Shown: one piece after another, positions 17,061 to 32,263 of the stretch | Position numbering within the stretch: position 1 is the stretch's first letter | How the letters are laid out: each line of letters opens with the position of its first letter | Origin: Octopus vulgaris | Taxonomy: Eukaryota | NCBI GenBank assembly: GCA_951406725.2 | Contig: OX597837.1 | Coordinates: 1,426,001-1,490,000, forward strand | Length of the DNA: 64,000 nt | Direction of reading: 5' to 3' | Position numbers and translations under genes: made by a program | The notes under the pieces: generated by a model | What the model was told of the DNA's origin: nothing | The model's database searches: none | The model's input: only the letters and a program-made list of their open reading frames with translations

Positions 17061-17735
17061 CTAGAATGACATATGTTCTACGCAATAATTTGTATTTAAG
17101 CTTGCTTCTTAAATCCAATTTTGTAGACATAACCCCTAGAGAGAACGCATGTGGTTCTGACACCACAAAGATCCAGATTACGTTTGTGGTTCGCAAAATT
17201 TCAGTTTCCGTGAATACCATATGCTTATGTACACAACGTGTGTCCGTCTAAATATGCCTACACACACACACACACACACACACACACTCAGCAACAATAT
17301 GCATTTATGCACACAAAGACTATACACGTATAAACGATGTAGGTACGTGTATATTTGTGGGTCTTTATCTACACACACGTATATTTAAATATATAACCAA
17401 ATAAATATCACACACACACACACATACATATATATTCGTATATATCTGCGTGCGCGCGCACACACATACACACACACGCGCGCGCGCGCACGCAGGCATA
17501 TACAAATATATAGTCATACATATATATTTGCGTAAAATCATTTGTGTGTGTGTGTATACATATATATAATACACACACATGTATATGATATACTCATATA
17601 CACACATAGATATATGTAATACGTGTACCTTATATATGTTTGTGTGGGATATATATGTGTGTATATACATATATATGTATGTGTATTTGTGTTTATACAT
17701 ATTTGTATATGTCAGTGCGTTTGTGTATATGTATG

Positions 17736-17790
<55 letters not shown>

Positions 17791-18867
17791 GTATATGCTG
17801 TATATAATATATGTATATGCTCTATATAATATATGTATATGCTCTATATAATATATGTATGTAATATGTATATATGTGTGTATAATATATGCTGAGGCCG
17901 TGGCAGGTTATAAAATTTTAATGGACCTACCAACTTGAAAGAGCAATAAGGAAATTCGACATAGACTCTAATGAAAAAGATTTCGCTGTATCATTGCCAT
18001 GTCTTCAGTAGAAAGTCTTGCGAAACAAACTGGTCTCTGCGCACGCGTGTCTGTGTCAGTGAGAAGATATAGATGAAAATACCTGGATGTCAATGTATGT
18101 GTGTGTGCGTACCTAGAGATAGCCATCTTGCAAAATGGCAGTTGATTTTATTAAATCTCCATTAAAACCATAAAATAGATTTAGTTGTTTTTTTTTATAA
18201 TGTTGGATATAAGAATTTGATGTTGTTGTTATGCGTGTTGCTCTTGTTCTTTTATTTCTTCCCATTCCTTATAAACACTAATGCAGTTCTTGTTGCGCCT
18301 CCTCGTCCCCATCATCACCCCACCCCCATCATCATCACCATCATCATCACCATCATCATCATCTATTTTTCTCGATTCTTCTTCTAATTCTTCTTCTTCT
18401 TCTTCTTTCTTCTTTCTTCTTCTTCCTTCTCTTCCTTCTTTTTCTTTCTTTTTCTTTTTTCTATTATTCGTCTTTTCTTTAACATTTTTATTCGCTTTTA
18501 TTATTGTTTGATTTTAGTTATTAATACCTTAGTAAGAATTGCGGCAGCAGCAGTGGTGGTAATAGTTGTAGTGTTAGTAATAGTAGTAGTAGTAATGGTG
18601 TTGGTGTTGGTGGTAGTAGTAGTAGTAGTAGCAGAGGCTGCAGCAACAGGACTAGAAGTAAAAAGAAAATGAAGGAGCAAAGAAATGAGAAATCTAAGTA
18701 GATGATGATTACGATGATGATGATGATGATAATGATGGAGGAAGACAAAGACGGAAAAACAAGAACAAAATATCAGGAAGAGAAAAGAAAAAGAGGAGTA
18801 AATGCTGCATTTGTTGTTGTTCTTGTTGCTATTTCCATTCTCTTTCGTTAGATTTTCTTTTATCAAG

Positions 18868-18952
18868 GGACGGCCATTTTGGCTCATTGGTCACGTGATG
18901 AGAATTCCGTGGAGAAAGTCGTTATAATTGGTTTATAACGACTTTTTACGAT
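18868..18952. promoter_or_regulatory. Candidate cis-regulatory module: YY1-like site, CCAAT box, E-box and 13-bp inverted repeat
   Basis: cggccatttt (18871-18880), attgg (18886-18890), tcacgtga (18891-18898), aaagtcgttataa-ttggt-ttataacgacttt (18915-18945) in a short unique island between microsatellites. Confidence 0.4.
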
Positions 18953-19191
18953 GTCAGTGGAAATCCTCTTCCTTCCACCACACCCGTTGCTGGCAGCATC
19001 AATACTTGCTTACACACAAACACACGGGTATACATATATACATAGGCATATATATATATATATGTGTGTGTGTATGTATATATATATAAGTATGCATATA
19101 TATATATATATATGTATATATAGGTGTGTATATGTATATATAAGTATGCATGTATATATATATATATATATGCGTATGCATGTATATGTAT

Positions 19192-19243
<52 letters not shown>

Positions 19244-19611
19244 GTGTATATATGTGTATATATATATGTGTGTATATATGTGTGTATATATGTGTATATA
19301 TATGTATATATATATGTGTGTATCTATGTGTATATATGTGTGTATATAAATGTGTATATATGTGTGTATATATGTGTATATATGTGTGTATATATGTGTA
19401 TATATATATATGTATATATATATGTATATATGCATGTGTATATATGTATGCATATATCTGTATCTCTGTCTTTCGGGATTGCCCTGCTCTCTGACTGCCT
19501 GTCTGTCTGTTTAGGGAGGTAGGGAAGGAGGTAGATCGAGAGATAAATCTTGATTTGTATCTCGGGATTATTGTTTGACCTCTTTTCTATCTACCTCCTC
19601 TTTTTGTACTC

Positions 19612-19713
<102 letters not shown>

Positions 19714-19891
19714 GTCTGTCTGTCTATGCATTTGTATCAATGCGTAAAAATGTTGGAAATACACACACACACACACACACACACGCATATGCGTATTACC
19801 TACTTGCAACTGATGCTTGCAAATATTTGAAAATTACTGTGAGTAACGGACTTAATCATTACTTCATCTGAGTTGTGCGTGTGTAGAAGAG

Positions 19892-19931
<40 letters not shown>

Positions 19932-19937
<6 letters not shown>

Positions 19938-20138
19938 GAAATTTACAGAAAACGAAAGATGATGACAAGTGAAGGAACAACAAGGAGGCGTTTTAGCTTG
20001 ACGCTCGGAAAAATGAAAAAGTCTTTTATGTTTCGAGCCTATGCTCTTCAACAGAAAGGAATAAGAGAAAATATGCAGAGAGAGAGAATGAAAACTAAAC
20101 AAAAATAAAACGTGTAGATTTAGCGGTCAAGCGGTCAA
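19932..20138 (-). mobile_element. Family D copy 1: about 190-bp Penelope-pLTR-like repeat with hammerhead-like motif
   Basis: Near-identical to 24922-25108 and 58636-58815. Minus strand has ctttCTGTTGAagagcataggctcGAAAcataaaag. Abuts (TA)n. Confidence 0.7.
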
Positions 20139-20474
20139 TATATATATATACCACATGTAATTTCCAACCGTGTAATCTACAGAGGCTGGGTCGTGGGAAT
20201 CTTTTCAATCTATTGTCTATTATATTGTTAACATGTGCCAAAGTCAGTCCGAGATGAAGTGGATGATCATTGCTATGACTGACATAGAACCCATCAATTA
20301 TTGTAACCGTTTATATTGTTGCGGTTGCTGACCCCAGGTCAGTCCCTTCATGAAATGCCACACGTTTCGTTTCTGAAGCAAGTATGTCAAAGTAATCTCT
20401 CATGTCCACCATTTTCCTGGACGCTAATCTTTAATTTGACGGACATTTGGCAGTTCTTTCTAGTTACATTAGTG

Positions 20475-20526
<52 letters not shown>

Positions 20527-20530
20527 ATGT

Positions 20531-21745
<1,215 letters not shown>

Positions 21746-21850
21746 AGGATGTAGTAGGCGGTTTCTCAGAATGGTCGCTGTGTAGTGGCTGTAGCAAGTA
21801 AAAAACAGCAAAAGTACATACATACATACATACATACATACATACATACA

Positions 21851-21881
<31 letters not shown>

Positions 21882-22039
21882 TCCACTTGTATTCATGTGA
21901 TCTTTCCTCGAGTCGTTTTGTTAGAATCAAGTACCAGTCATGAATTGGAGCCTGGTGGTTCATCTAACCATCTCCTCGCAAACACTGTAGTCGTCTGCCT
22001 TAATTAGAAACTGTAGTTTTTTTCTTGTTCCTATTAAAA

Positions 22040-22575
22040 ATTTCGCTATTGATGCAAATTCTTATTGTGGCCGCCATTAATATTCCAGGCTTTATCATCA
22101 TTATTGACGTCGCCATTTTAGTTGTTGCTGTTGATCTTAATAATTTTCCAATTGTCACTTTTGTTGTTGTTGTTGTTTTTGTTTTTGTTTCCGTTGCTAT
22201 TAATGATTTTCCAATTATGTTATTCTTGTTGTTGCTGTTAATATTTCTGTTATTGTTATTGTATGAATTGTTATTGGTGTCGTCAATATTTTTGCCGTTG
22301 TTGTTGCTGTTGCAATGCCTTCTGCTGATGTTGTCGATCTCTTGTCGTTACTGTTTTTGTTATTGCTATTAATATTTTCGTCATCAATATTCTTGATGTT
22401 GTTGTTGATGTTGTTAAAATATCGTTGCTGATATTGTTGCTGTAGTCGTCGTTGTTATTGCTGTCGCTGCTATTAATATTTTTTGCTATTATTATCATTC
22501 TCGCTGTTGTTGTTATTTAATTGCTGCTGCTGCTGATGATGCTGGTGCCATCTTTGTTGCTATTAATATTTTCGC

Positions 22576-22621
<46 letters not shown>

Positions 22622-23008
22622 TTGGCAGTTGTTGTTGTTGGATGTCACAATTCATAATAAGGCAGATTTATTATTGAATCACCGGAAGTTGTTGAAGATA
22701 TTCCGTGCTTGCGAGCAATTATTTATGGGAGAAGGAAGTGAAGATTGTTGTTGTTGTCCTTGTTGTTGTTGTTTTTGTTTTTGATGACGTTGATAATTAT
22801 TAAGATGACGACGACGAGGGTAATGTTGATGGTGGTCGTCGTCGTTCGTCGTAGTGATAGCTATGTTGTTGATGATGATGAAGATGATGGTAGTAATGAG
22901 GATGAGGAAGATATAATGATCACTATAATCTTGATTAGGATGATGATAGTGATAAGCCTCAATGGTTATTCATCATCATTATTATTATTATCATTATTAT
23001 TATTATTA
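22040..23008. repeat. Cryptic (GTT)/(ATT)/(GCT)/(GAT) trinucleotide low-complexity region
   Basis: Directly visible, with recurring ttgctattaatatttt sub-motif. Confidence 0.8.
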
Positions 23009-23790
23009 AGAGGGCCAGCTGGCAGAATCGTTAGCATACCGGTCAAATTACTTGGCATTTCGTCTGTCTTTGTGTTCTGAGTTCAAATTTCACTGAGGTC
23101 GACTTTGTCTTTCATCCTTTCAATGTCGATAAAATAAATACCAGTTGAACACTGGGGTCACTGTAATTGTCTTACCCCTCCCCAAAGTTGCTGGCCATGT
23201 GCCAGTATTTGAAATCATTATTATTGCGGCGGTGTGCTGGCTGAATCGTTAGGATACCAGACAAAATGCTTAGCAGCCTTTCGTTCGTCTTTATGTTCTG
23301 AGCTCACAACCGCGGTCGACTTTGCCCTTCATCCTTTCGGGTTCGATAAAGTAAGAACAAGCCAAGTACTGGCGTCCACATAATTGACTGGATCCCTTTC
23401 CTAAAATTTTAGATATTGCGTTTAAAGCAGAAAGTAATATTATTATAAAGGTAGCGAGCTGGCGGAATCGTTAGTGCCGGAGAAAATGCGTAGCGAAATT
23501 TCTTCCGAGTCCTTATGTTTTAAGTTCTCATTCTTTTCATCATTTCGAGATCGATAAAATAAGTACCAGTTGAGCAATGGGGTCCGTGTAATCGACTTCC
23601 TTTCCTCTTAAAATCACTGGCGTTTTGCCAAGAATATTTTAATCATATAAAATTGGCAAGCAGGCAGAACCGTTAGCAGCGTTTTGTCGGTTTTTACGTG
23701 TTGAGTTCAAATTCCGCCGAGGTCGACTTTACTGTTCATCCTTTTGGGGTCGATAAATCAATTACCAGTCGAATACTGGGATTTGATAAT
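23009..23790 (+). mobile_element. Head-to-tail array of four SINE family B copies
   Basis: Heads (g)ctggcagaatcgttag-like at about 23018, 23236, 23458 and 23660, each followed by the family B core and separated by short ATT-rich linkers. Confidence 0.8.
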
Positions 23791-24355
23791 ATTATTGTTA
23801 TTATCCAATCTAGGCGACCTTTGAAGGCCGCTACTACTACTTCCAAACGTGACATACACAAAAAGAACAAGATGAATTATTAGTTGTGTAGATTGCGACT
23901 GAACACTGCAAAATAAAGCTCGGCGAATATCACGGTTTCGAATCTCATTAACGCGCATGGTCCTTTACTTAGGACCAGAAAGATAATCCATCATATTTCT
24001 GCAACACCTGTATTTTTCTGAGATGTCTTTAGTTATTCATCAAGACTGGAGTGACTTTCAAACATTGGAATGCAATCTTTTATTATATATTTAGAATCAG
24101 ATAAAGCTGTATAAAAAAATAATTTTGATAGTAAATCAGATAAAAAACATTCGGACACTGATGGGTTAAATCACACATTGCATGTAACTTTGTAAATGGA
24201 AAGCCTGATTTGGGGATTAGGGTGTTCGCATCACGATCACAAGATCATAGGTTCAATTCCAAAGATGTGTTGTGTTCTTGAGCAAAGCATGTCAGTTCAC
24301 GTTGCTCAAATTTACTCAGCCGAAAGTAAGTGGTAGCTTAGTGATATTGCATCTC

Positions 24356-24418
<63 letters not shown>

Positions 24419-24721
24419 TTCGATGATCCGCTGGAGGATAAGTAAGAAGGCCGGGAATAGCTCTACGCATGCTAATGACTACATAAGCACAAGTAATTAA
24501 CATGATACAAGCAACGGGGTCATACTAGCTGTCGAATGTCAGTAATGTTTTTTTTTCGAATACGTTGAAGTATGACCATTGAAACTCATGATCATCACAA
24601 CATCCCATTCATTATTATGTAAAAAAAGATTAAGTCCTCTCTCCTCAATAACGAAATAACGGCGTTTGTATATAAGTTTTGGGGGTAGATTATATATGTG
24701 TGTGTAACACATGTGTATAAT

Positions 24722-24880
24722 ATTCTTTTCTGCTCTAGGCACAAGGCCCGAAATTTTGAAGTAAAGGGCCAATCGATTAGATCGACCCTAATACACAACT
24801 GGTACTTAATTTATCGACCCCAAGAGGATGAAAGGCAAAGACAACCTCGGCGGAATTTGAACTCAGAACATAAAGACAGA
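24722..24880 (-). mobile_element. SINE family B copy
   Basis: ggtacttaatttatcgaccccaagaggatgaaaggcaaagacaacctcggcggaatttgaactcagaac. Confidence 0.8.
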
Positions 24881-24921
24881 CTTGTGTATAATATCGAGTG
24901 TATATGGCTCTATATATATAT

Positions 24922-25108
24922 GTAGTTGAAATTTACAGAAAAACAAAAGACGAAGACAGGTGTATAAACAACAAAACAACATGCAAGTGTATTAGTTTAA
25001 CGCTCAGGAAGGTGAGAAAGTCTTTTACGTTTCGAGCCTATGCTCTTCAACAGTAAGGAACAAGAAGAAATAAACAGAGAAAAAAAAACTTGTGGATTTA
25101 GCGGTCAA
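24922..25108 (-). mobile_element. Family D copy 2 (hammerhead-like motif)
   Basis: Plus strand tagttgaaatttacagaaaaacaaaagacgaagacagg...tcttttacgtttcgagcctatgctcttcaacag. Confidence 0.7.
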
Positions 25109-25717
25109 TCATGTCAACTAGTTAGACCTGTACCTGGGTATGTGTTGACGTATGTATGTGTACGTGTATACTGCATCATCCCAAAGACAAGCTCACATGA
25201 GGGCATTGGTGGAGTAAAGTGCCTCTGAAATTGCTGGCCTTGTGCCAAAATTTGAAATCAATATTATTTTCGACATCCTGTTTATCGGGGGAAGATGTGG
25301 TTGGTCACAGTTGGAACATCGTTGTGTGTTCGGTGTTCGATCTGAGCTAAATTGGAGTCAAGCGACACAGCCATCACCACCAAATAGCTAACAACAAACA
25401 ATAAAATACACCAAAAGGGAAAAAGAATGAAAAATGTAAGTGAACGTGGAATAGCCAATAAAACGGAAGTGAGCATGAGGACAGCCGGAAGTAGAAACTG
25501 AGCTTACCAATGGAATTGGAACAAATTATTACAGAGCTGCAAGTAATCAAGTGAAAGGAATGGTATTTATGCGTCTTTGATACCTGATGCCACAAAAACC
25601 TCACACACGCATAGGTACTTACATATATATGCATACTCACACCCACGCAAGTAAACTCGCCTTTATCTACGTGCACATACACTTACAACTTGGCACACAT
25701 CATACATACTTGCAATG

Positions 25718-25774
<57 letters not shown>

Positions 25775-27429
25775 TACGTATATACACAGTAATATACACG
25801 CATGCAAAAAATAATTACATATAGGCAAGTACATGTATACAAACACTTTATTCTAAACAAACTTGCTCGTAAACTTTCTCTCTCTCTCATTCTCTCTCTA
25901 TTATATATATATATATATACCTGCGTATACCTCTGTGTGTGTGTGTGTGCGCGCGCGGGTGGGTAATTATTATTTATCCGTTTTTGCTTTTTAAAGCTGG
26001 ATTGGGTTCTGGAGGATGCAACAAGTGGAAGAACCAGATCTTACTGCAATGCGTGACTTTGAGCTTGATTTACGACTGAATACCCTTCCTAGCATAAAAA
26101 TATTATACAGAGCGTATTTGGTGCATTTTTGGCGACGCATTTGAGAATGTTGCAAGATGTGAGAAAAAGAGCTTCTTTGCTTTAGCTTTGGTTAGATGAG
26201 GTGGGTAGAATGGTACCAAAAAGAGAGGAAAATATGGTAGTAATGAGATACCAGAGCATAACTCCAACAAGATGACATATCTAAGAGAGTGAACAGAGGA
26301 GACGCTGGAGACAGGAAATTAACAAGGTAGGGTGATCGATGGTAAATATGCGTGGGGAGCGATATGTTACTTATTGTCAATTGGGAGTAGCTTAGTAGAG
26401 AAATGAGTGGTGACTAACAGTACAAAACTAGTGATATGAAATATTTGCGTGTATCTATGCATATGTGTGTGTATATATACATACACGCTGAGAATTTTAT
26501 TATGTGTTTCTAATATATACATAGTGAGAGAAAGAGAGTGACACATGTATGTATCTGCATACAACTGTGTATATATTATTGTGTGTATGTGTACATGAAC
26601 ATACTCACGCAAATACACACACACATCATTTACTGTATATATTTGCCTGTAAATTATTTTTGAATTAGATTATACACACACACACACACTCACACAATCG
26701 TAAAAAAAGAATATACAAAATAAAAACCTAGAGTCTTTGTCACTTTTGAAAACCTATCTCTGTAATCATATTTTTTCTATTTGCAATCTCCTGCGATTTA
26801 TATATTCTTCAAACTCGAATAACTTTTTCTTACACGACATAACATTTTTCAAGTTGCAAGTCTGTGCATACAATTCACTCAGCTTAACGACCTATCGAGT
26901 ACACGTCTTATCCTCAAGACGCCATTATTTATTCTACCTTCCTACTGCATTTTTCATAATACTTAAAATCATTACATGAATTATGCTACAATAGTATCCT
27001 ATGTCCTACACATTTACCCGATGTCCCAATACGGTACCTTTGCTCTACATAATATCCCACACTTGTTCCAAATATCACACATATATACCCAGTGTACCAT
27101 ACTATTAACCAATAGGGTAAGGCTACACACAAATGAATTAACAAACGTTCGAACAAACTTCATTTTTTTTCTCATTGTTTTTGGTTCTTTTAATTGCCTG
27201 AGTGTGAACGGGAAAAGGTATCATCGTTGATTATTTATAAAGTTTTAACTCTCTTGGGGGAAGCAAGTTATTCGTCAAGAAAATGCCTCGCTCGAATGCT
27301 GATAACATAGCAATAGTCGCTAAAGACAGCACCTTTTAAGGAACAGGCCGTAATGTTAAAGACAGACGGACAGACAGGGGGATGGAGGGGACGATAGATT
27401 GAATATATCGTTCGGGAAAAGGAACGTTT

Positions 27430-27791
27430 CTTTTAGTGGACTTCCACCTAGTTTCTACTGTGAAGCTATACTCACCAATCATTGGTCGATCCGAAGTTTT
27501 GGTAGAAAATATTTGCCCCCAAATTCAATATGCTGGGATCGAAATCAGAACAACTTAATTTTGAAGTCAACTCATTTACCACGTAGCCAAAAGGGTTTAC
27601 CTTTTACAGTGACTTGGTTCAATCACTAGACTGCGGCCATGCTGGGGCACCGCCTTAAAGGGTTTCCTGGAACTAATCGACATAGTTGTAAGTTTCGTGC
27701 TTATTCTATCCGTCTCTATTTGCCGAGCCACTAAAATACAAAGAGGCAACCAAAATAGTGCCAACTGTCAGGTCGTGATAGGAAACACACA

Positions 27792-27832
<41 letters not shown>

Positions 27833-28355
27833 GGCTTCTACGAAGTTTCTTTCTACCAAATTCACCAACAAGCCTCGGGATTAAAGTGAAAGACACTTGC
27901 TCAAGGTATCATGTATCATGCAATGGGACTGAACAGGAAACGACCTGGTTGTATAGCTAAGTTTTAAACCATACGGTCACGCCTGCACTTATACTCTTTA
28001 CTTGTTTCAGTTATTTGACTGTGGCCATGCTGGAGCACCGCCTTTAGTCGAGCAAATCGACCCCAGGACTTATTCTTTGTAAGTCTAGTTCTTATTCTAC
28101 GGGTCTCGCGATGTTGGGGTGACAAACACGGACACACAAACATATGCACACACATACATACACACACAAATATATATATATATATATATATACGACGGGC
28201 TTTTTTCAGTTTCCGTCTACCAAATCCACTCACAAGGCTTTGGTCGGCCCGAGGATATAGAAGAAGACACTTGCCCAAGGTGCCACGCAGTGGGACTGAA
28301 CCCGGAATCATGTAGTTGGTAAGCAAGCTACTTACCACACAGCCACTCCTACGCC
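27430..28355 (-). mobile_element. Tandem SINE family A copies (decayed 5' half, diverged full copy 27605-27985, young copy 27992-28355)
   Basis: Two tails (gactgcggccatgctggggcaccgcc; gactgtggccatgctggagcaccgcc) and repeated heads (gacacttgcccaagg...gggactgaac) in the same orientation. Confidence 0.8.
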
Positions 28356-28696
28356 TTATGTCCAATTAAAAAAAACAACATTTTCAGTGTTTCACTTGGA
28401 CACCATTATTATTATCGCTATAACAAATACATATATTAAAAAGAAGAAAGTTACACGAGCATATTCCAGATCACCCGAGAGCAGGCAGGATCTCCATAGC
28501 TTCACGTCGTTTGCCATACAATTGACTTCATCACAAGATGTAATGCAGTTAAAAACTCTGGCAGTGATAACTTTGTCTTCATACTGCATTCTTCACACAA
28601 TACCAAATAAATATGAGAAAAACATATATCTCACAAACGCACCAAATCACCTGCAAATACGCATAAAATCACTTACAGCTAATCACAAATAAAATG

Positions 28697-28766
<70 letters not shown>

Positions 28767-29399
28767 GTGTGTGTGTGTGTATGATTTTTGTTTATCGTTT
28801 TTGGAGGGCTTTTGATTTGAGTATATAAACATAAATATGATATAACATATTTATATTATGTGATATCGCATATTTATATTATATGCCAGTCATATTCACG
28901 AGAATATTTATGTAGAAGTATGAAACGACAACAAAGAAAAACGTATGGCAAATGAAAGAAAGAGAGAAACATAAAAAAATGAAGAGAGTCGAGAAGAATT
29001 GTAGGAAACAAGTTTCAAACAACAAGAGAACCACAATAGGAAAGACTCTGTACAATGAGACATGTGAGCAGAAGAACATATATATATATATATATAGTAT
29101 ATGATGCACATGTATATGTAAGTATGTATATACATACATAGATACACATATGTATATATATATATGTGTGTGTGTGGGTGTATTTATATATATGTGTGTG
29201 TGTGTATTTATATATGTGTGTGTGTGTGTGTGTATTTGTATGTATATATATGTACATGTATGTATGAATATATGCATCAATTTACGTACATATACAGACA
29301 TATGGTGCTCATGATTATAACAGTATAGAAGCAGGATATATATATATATGTATATATGTTGAATGAGGCTTATGAGAATACTTGTATCTATCTATCTAA

Positions 29400-29440
29400 A
29401 TATATATATATATGTATGTATATATATATATATACATATG

Positions 29441-29502
<62 letters not shown>

Positions 29503-29673
29503 ATATAAATATATATATGTATGTATATATATATATATACATATGTATGTATATATATATATATATGTATGTATATATATATATATACATATGTATGTAT
29601 GTATATATATATATATATATGTATGTATATATATATATATATATACATATGTATGTATATATATATATATATG

Positions 29674-29718
<45 letters not shown>

Positions 29719-29755
29719 ATATATATATATGTATGTATATATATATATATGTATG

Positions 29756-29830
<75 letters not shown>

Positions 29831-30060
29831 ATATATATATATATACATATGTATGTATATATATATATACATATGTATGTATATATATATATACATTATA
29901 TATATATATATATTTATGTATATATATATATATATGTATGTATATATATATATATATATATATATCTATATTGATATATATATATGGCATATTTTATATA
30001 TATATATATATACGTATATCTATATTGATATATATATATGGCATATTTATATATACCTAT
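29400..30060. repeat. (TA)n/(TATG)n microsatellite with a 42-bp tandem duplication at its end
   Basis: Directly visible; tatctatattgatatatatatatggcatatttt occurs twice. Confidence 0.95.
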
Positions 30061-31238
30061 ATGTCTATGCGTTGTATAATACAACAATACTAGAATAGAA
30101 ATTATTACAATCTCATAAAACTGAAAACAAAAAATAACATTATATAAAAATAAAACATAATAAAAAAAATGACAATGAAACTATGAAGGAAAAAAAAGAA
30201 AAGCATTAAAAGTCTTAGAATCGGAAAGCTTCAAGAATATTATTATCCAGGCTGAAATATTCCTTTAGTTATGATAGAATATTTAAAAGAAGTAACTCAA
30301 AGATGGCGACCATAAAACAGAGATATTAGGTAGGCTCGGCTTTGTGAAAATATTGCAATGAATATAGAGACTAGCATAGTATTTTAGTGGGTTTTTTTTT
30401 ATTATTTATGATTAATATATTGCAAACAGTTCCTTGTCTAGGTATTGCTGGTGGTGATGGTGTTGTTTTTGGCGGTGCTGTTTGAGATGTTGGTGCTGGT
30501 GGTGCAGCTGTAGAATAAAGCGACTTCTACGAGATGCTGTTCTCTTCATTGTTCTGTGACTTAAGTTCCATAGGCCAGGGGTGATTGGCAAACAATGGGG
30601 TATATAAAAGCGTGTGTGTGTATATGTGTAATTATGTTTACATGCATGTTTGTGATATGTGTGTGTGTGTGTGAAACAGAATAAACTGGTGTGTGGTTGT
30701 GTGCTGCTATGTAATTACATATATGTATATATATGCGTGTGTGTAGGTCATGCGAGTGTATATGTTTGTAGTATATATATGTTTTGTAGGTGTACAAAAA
30801 TGAATGTAAGTATGTGTTATATGTGTATGTACATGTGTGTGTGTGTGTGTGTGTGTATGAGGGCTTGTATGTGTGTGTTTCATAAACCTATATACAACTC
30901 TGTGTATATTTATGCGTGTGAAGGTTTGCGTGTTTATATGCAAATGTATTTATATAAGATGTTCATTTTTGAGGGAGGGGGTGGATTGAGTAGGGTGCGG
31001 GTTTGTCTCTCTTTCTTTTAATCGCTCTCTTCGCAGTAGTTGGTTCCACTCCAACATAACATTGGAACAATATTGGTACTTAGACATCTATTTAACTATA
31101 GTTACATGCTAAATTAGAAAATAAATTCTTGTATATTTTTACCGTTCCACTTACAGGTTGAATTTCAAAATACATGATTTAAATTCTCTCATGGCGTGAA
31201 AGCCTAAATTATACATACATGTATGCATATATATATAT

Positions 31239-31298
<60 letters not shown>

Positions 31299-31302
31299 GC
31301 AT

Positions 31303-31675
31303 AGGCGCAAGAGTGGCTGTGTAGTAAGTGGCTGGCTTACCAACCACATGATTTCGGGTTCAGTCCCGCTGCGTAGCACCTTGGGCAGGTATCTTCTATA
31401 GCCTCGTGCCGACCAAAGCCTCGTTAGTGGATTTGGTAGACGGAAGCTGAAAGAAGCCCGTCGTATATATGTATGTGTCTGTGTGTCTGTGTTTCTGTGT
31501 TTGTTCTTCCAACATCGCTTGACAACCGATGCTGGTGTGTTTGCGTCCCCGTAACTTAGCGGGGACCGATACTAGGCTTACAAAGATTAAGTCGTGGGGT
31601 CGATTTGCTCGACTAAAGGCGGTGCTCCATCATGGCCGCAGTCAAATGACTGAAACAAGTAAAAGAGTAAAAGAG
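31303..31675 (+). mobile_element. SINE family A, full length (reference copy)
   Basis: A-box-like gtggctgtgtagt, B-box-like gggttcagtccc, CORE-like accttgggcaggtatctt, internal (TG)n and LINE-like tail ggcggtgctccatcatggccgcagtcaaatgactgaaac. Confidence 0.88.
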
Positions 31676-32263
31676 GTATGGGTACAGGACGTCACCAACA
31701 GTAAACAACGTGAAGTACGAAAAAATGGAAAGCAAGTCAAGTAACACAAAGACCGACCCTTCATCAGTTTTCGGCTCTCTAATTACTCCGCATTTCGAGC
31801 ATTTTGTTCATGTTATAACAAAAACAATTTTACATTAAAAGTTTTTTCAATACTTATGGCAGAGAACAACGGGTAAGACATCATCAGCCAGTCCGTTGAT
31901 GGTTTGAGCTAGCCGAAACTCTGAAGTCACTATTAAAGAATAACCCTTCTCTCACTCTCTCATCTCATCTTGAGTGGAAGTTTAGCTTTTAATTCGAGCA
32001 AGTATGGGCTTAATGACAAAGTTTGTAAAACGACAAGGTAAATACAAAGAAAGAACATGAACGAAAAGTGACTCTTTAAATGACCGACCACACTTTAAAT
32101 ATGAATATTGTATATATTCTCTGTGTGTGTGTGTGGTGTGTGTGTGTGATAAATAGGCAGATAGGTATATGTGCAAATACATGTGTATTTAGACATATCT
32201 ACCTATATACAAATGCATGTATGTGTGTATGAATGTATGAGATTTTGTATGTACATATAAGTG

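Noticed and set aside
23948-24168. piggyBac-like MITE ending in gggTTAA
   Set aside because: The left end matches the right TIR too poorly.
31038-31075. Possible pre-miRNA hairpin (gttcca...tggaac)
   Set aside because: Only about 6 bp pair, and I recognise no known miRNA sequence (e.g. miR-10, miR-993) here or elsewhere in the window.
31303-31380. tRNA-like A/B boxes at SINE heads as tRNA genes
   Set aside because: No cloverleaf or acceptor stem; they continue directly into SINE bodies.
31750-31800. Minus-strand ctgatgaaggg motif
   Set aside because: No closing stem II or GAAA downstream; not a complete fold.
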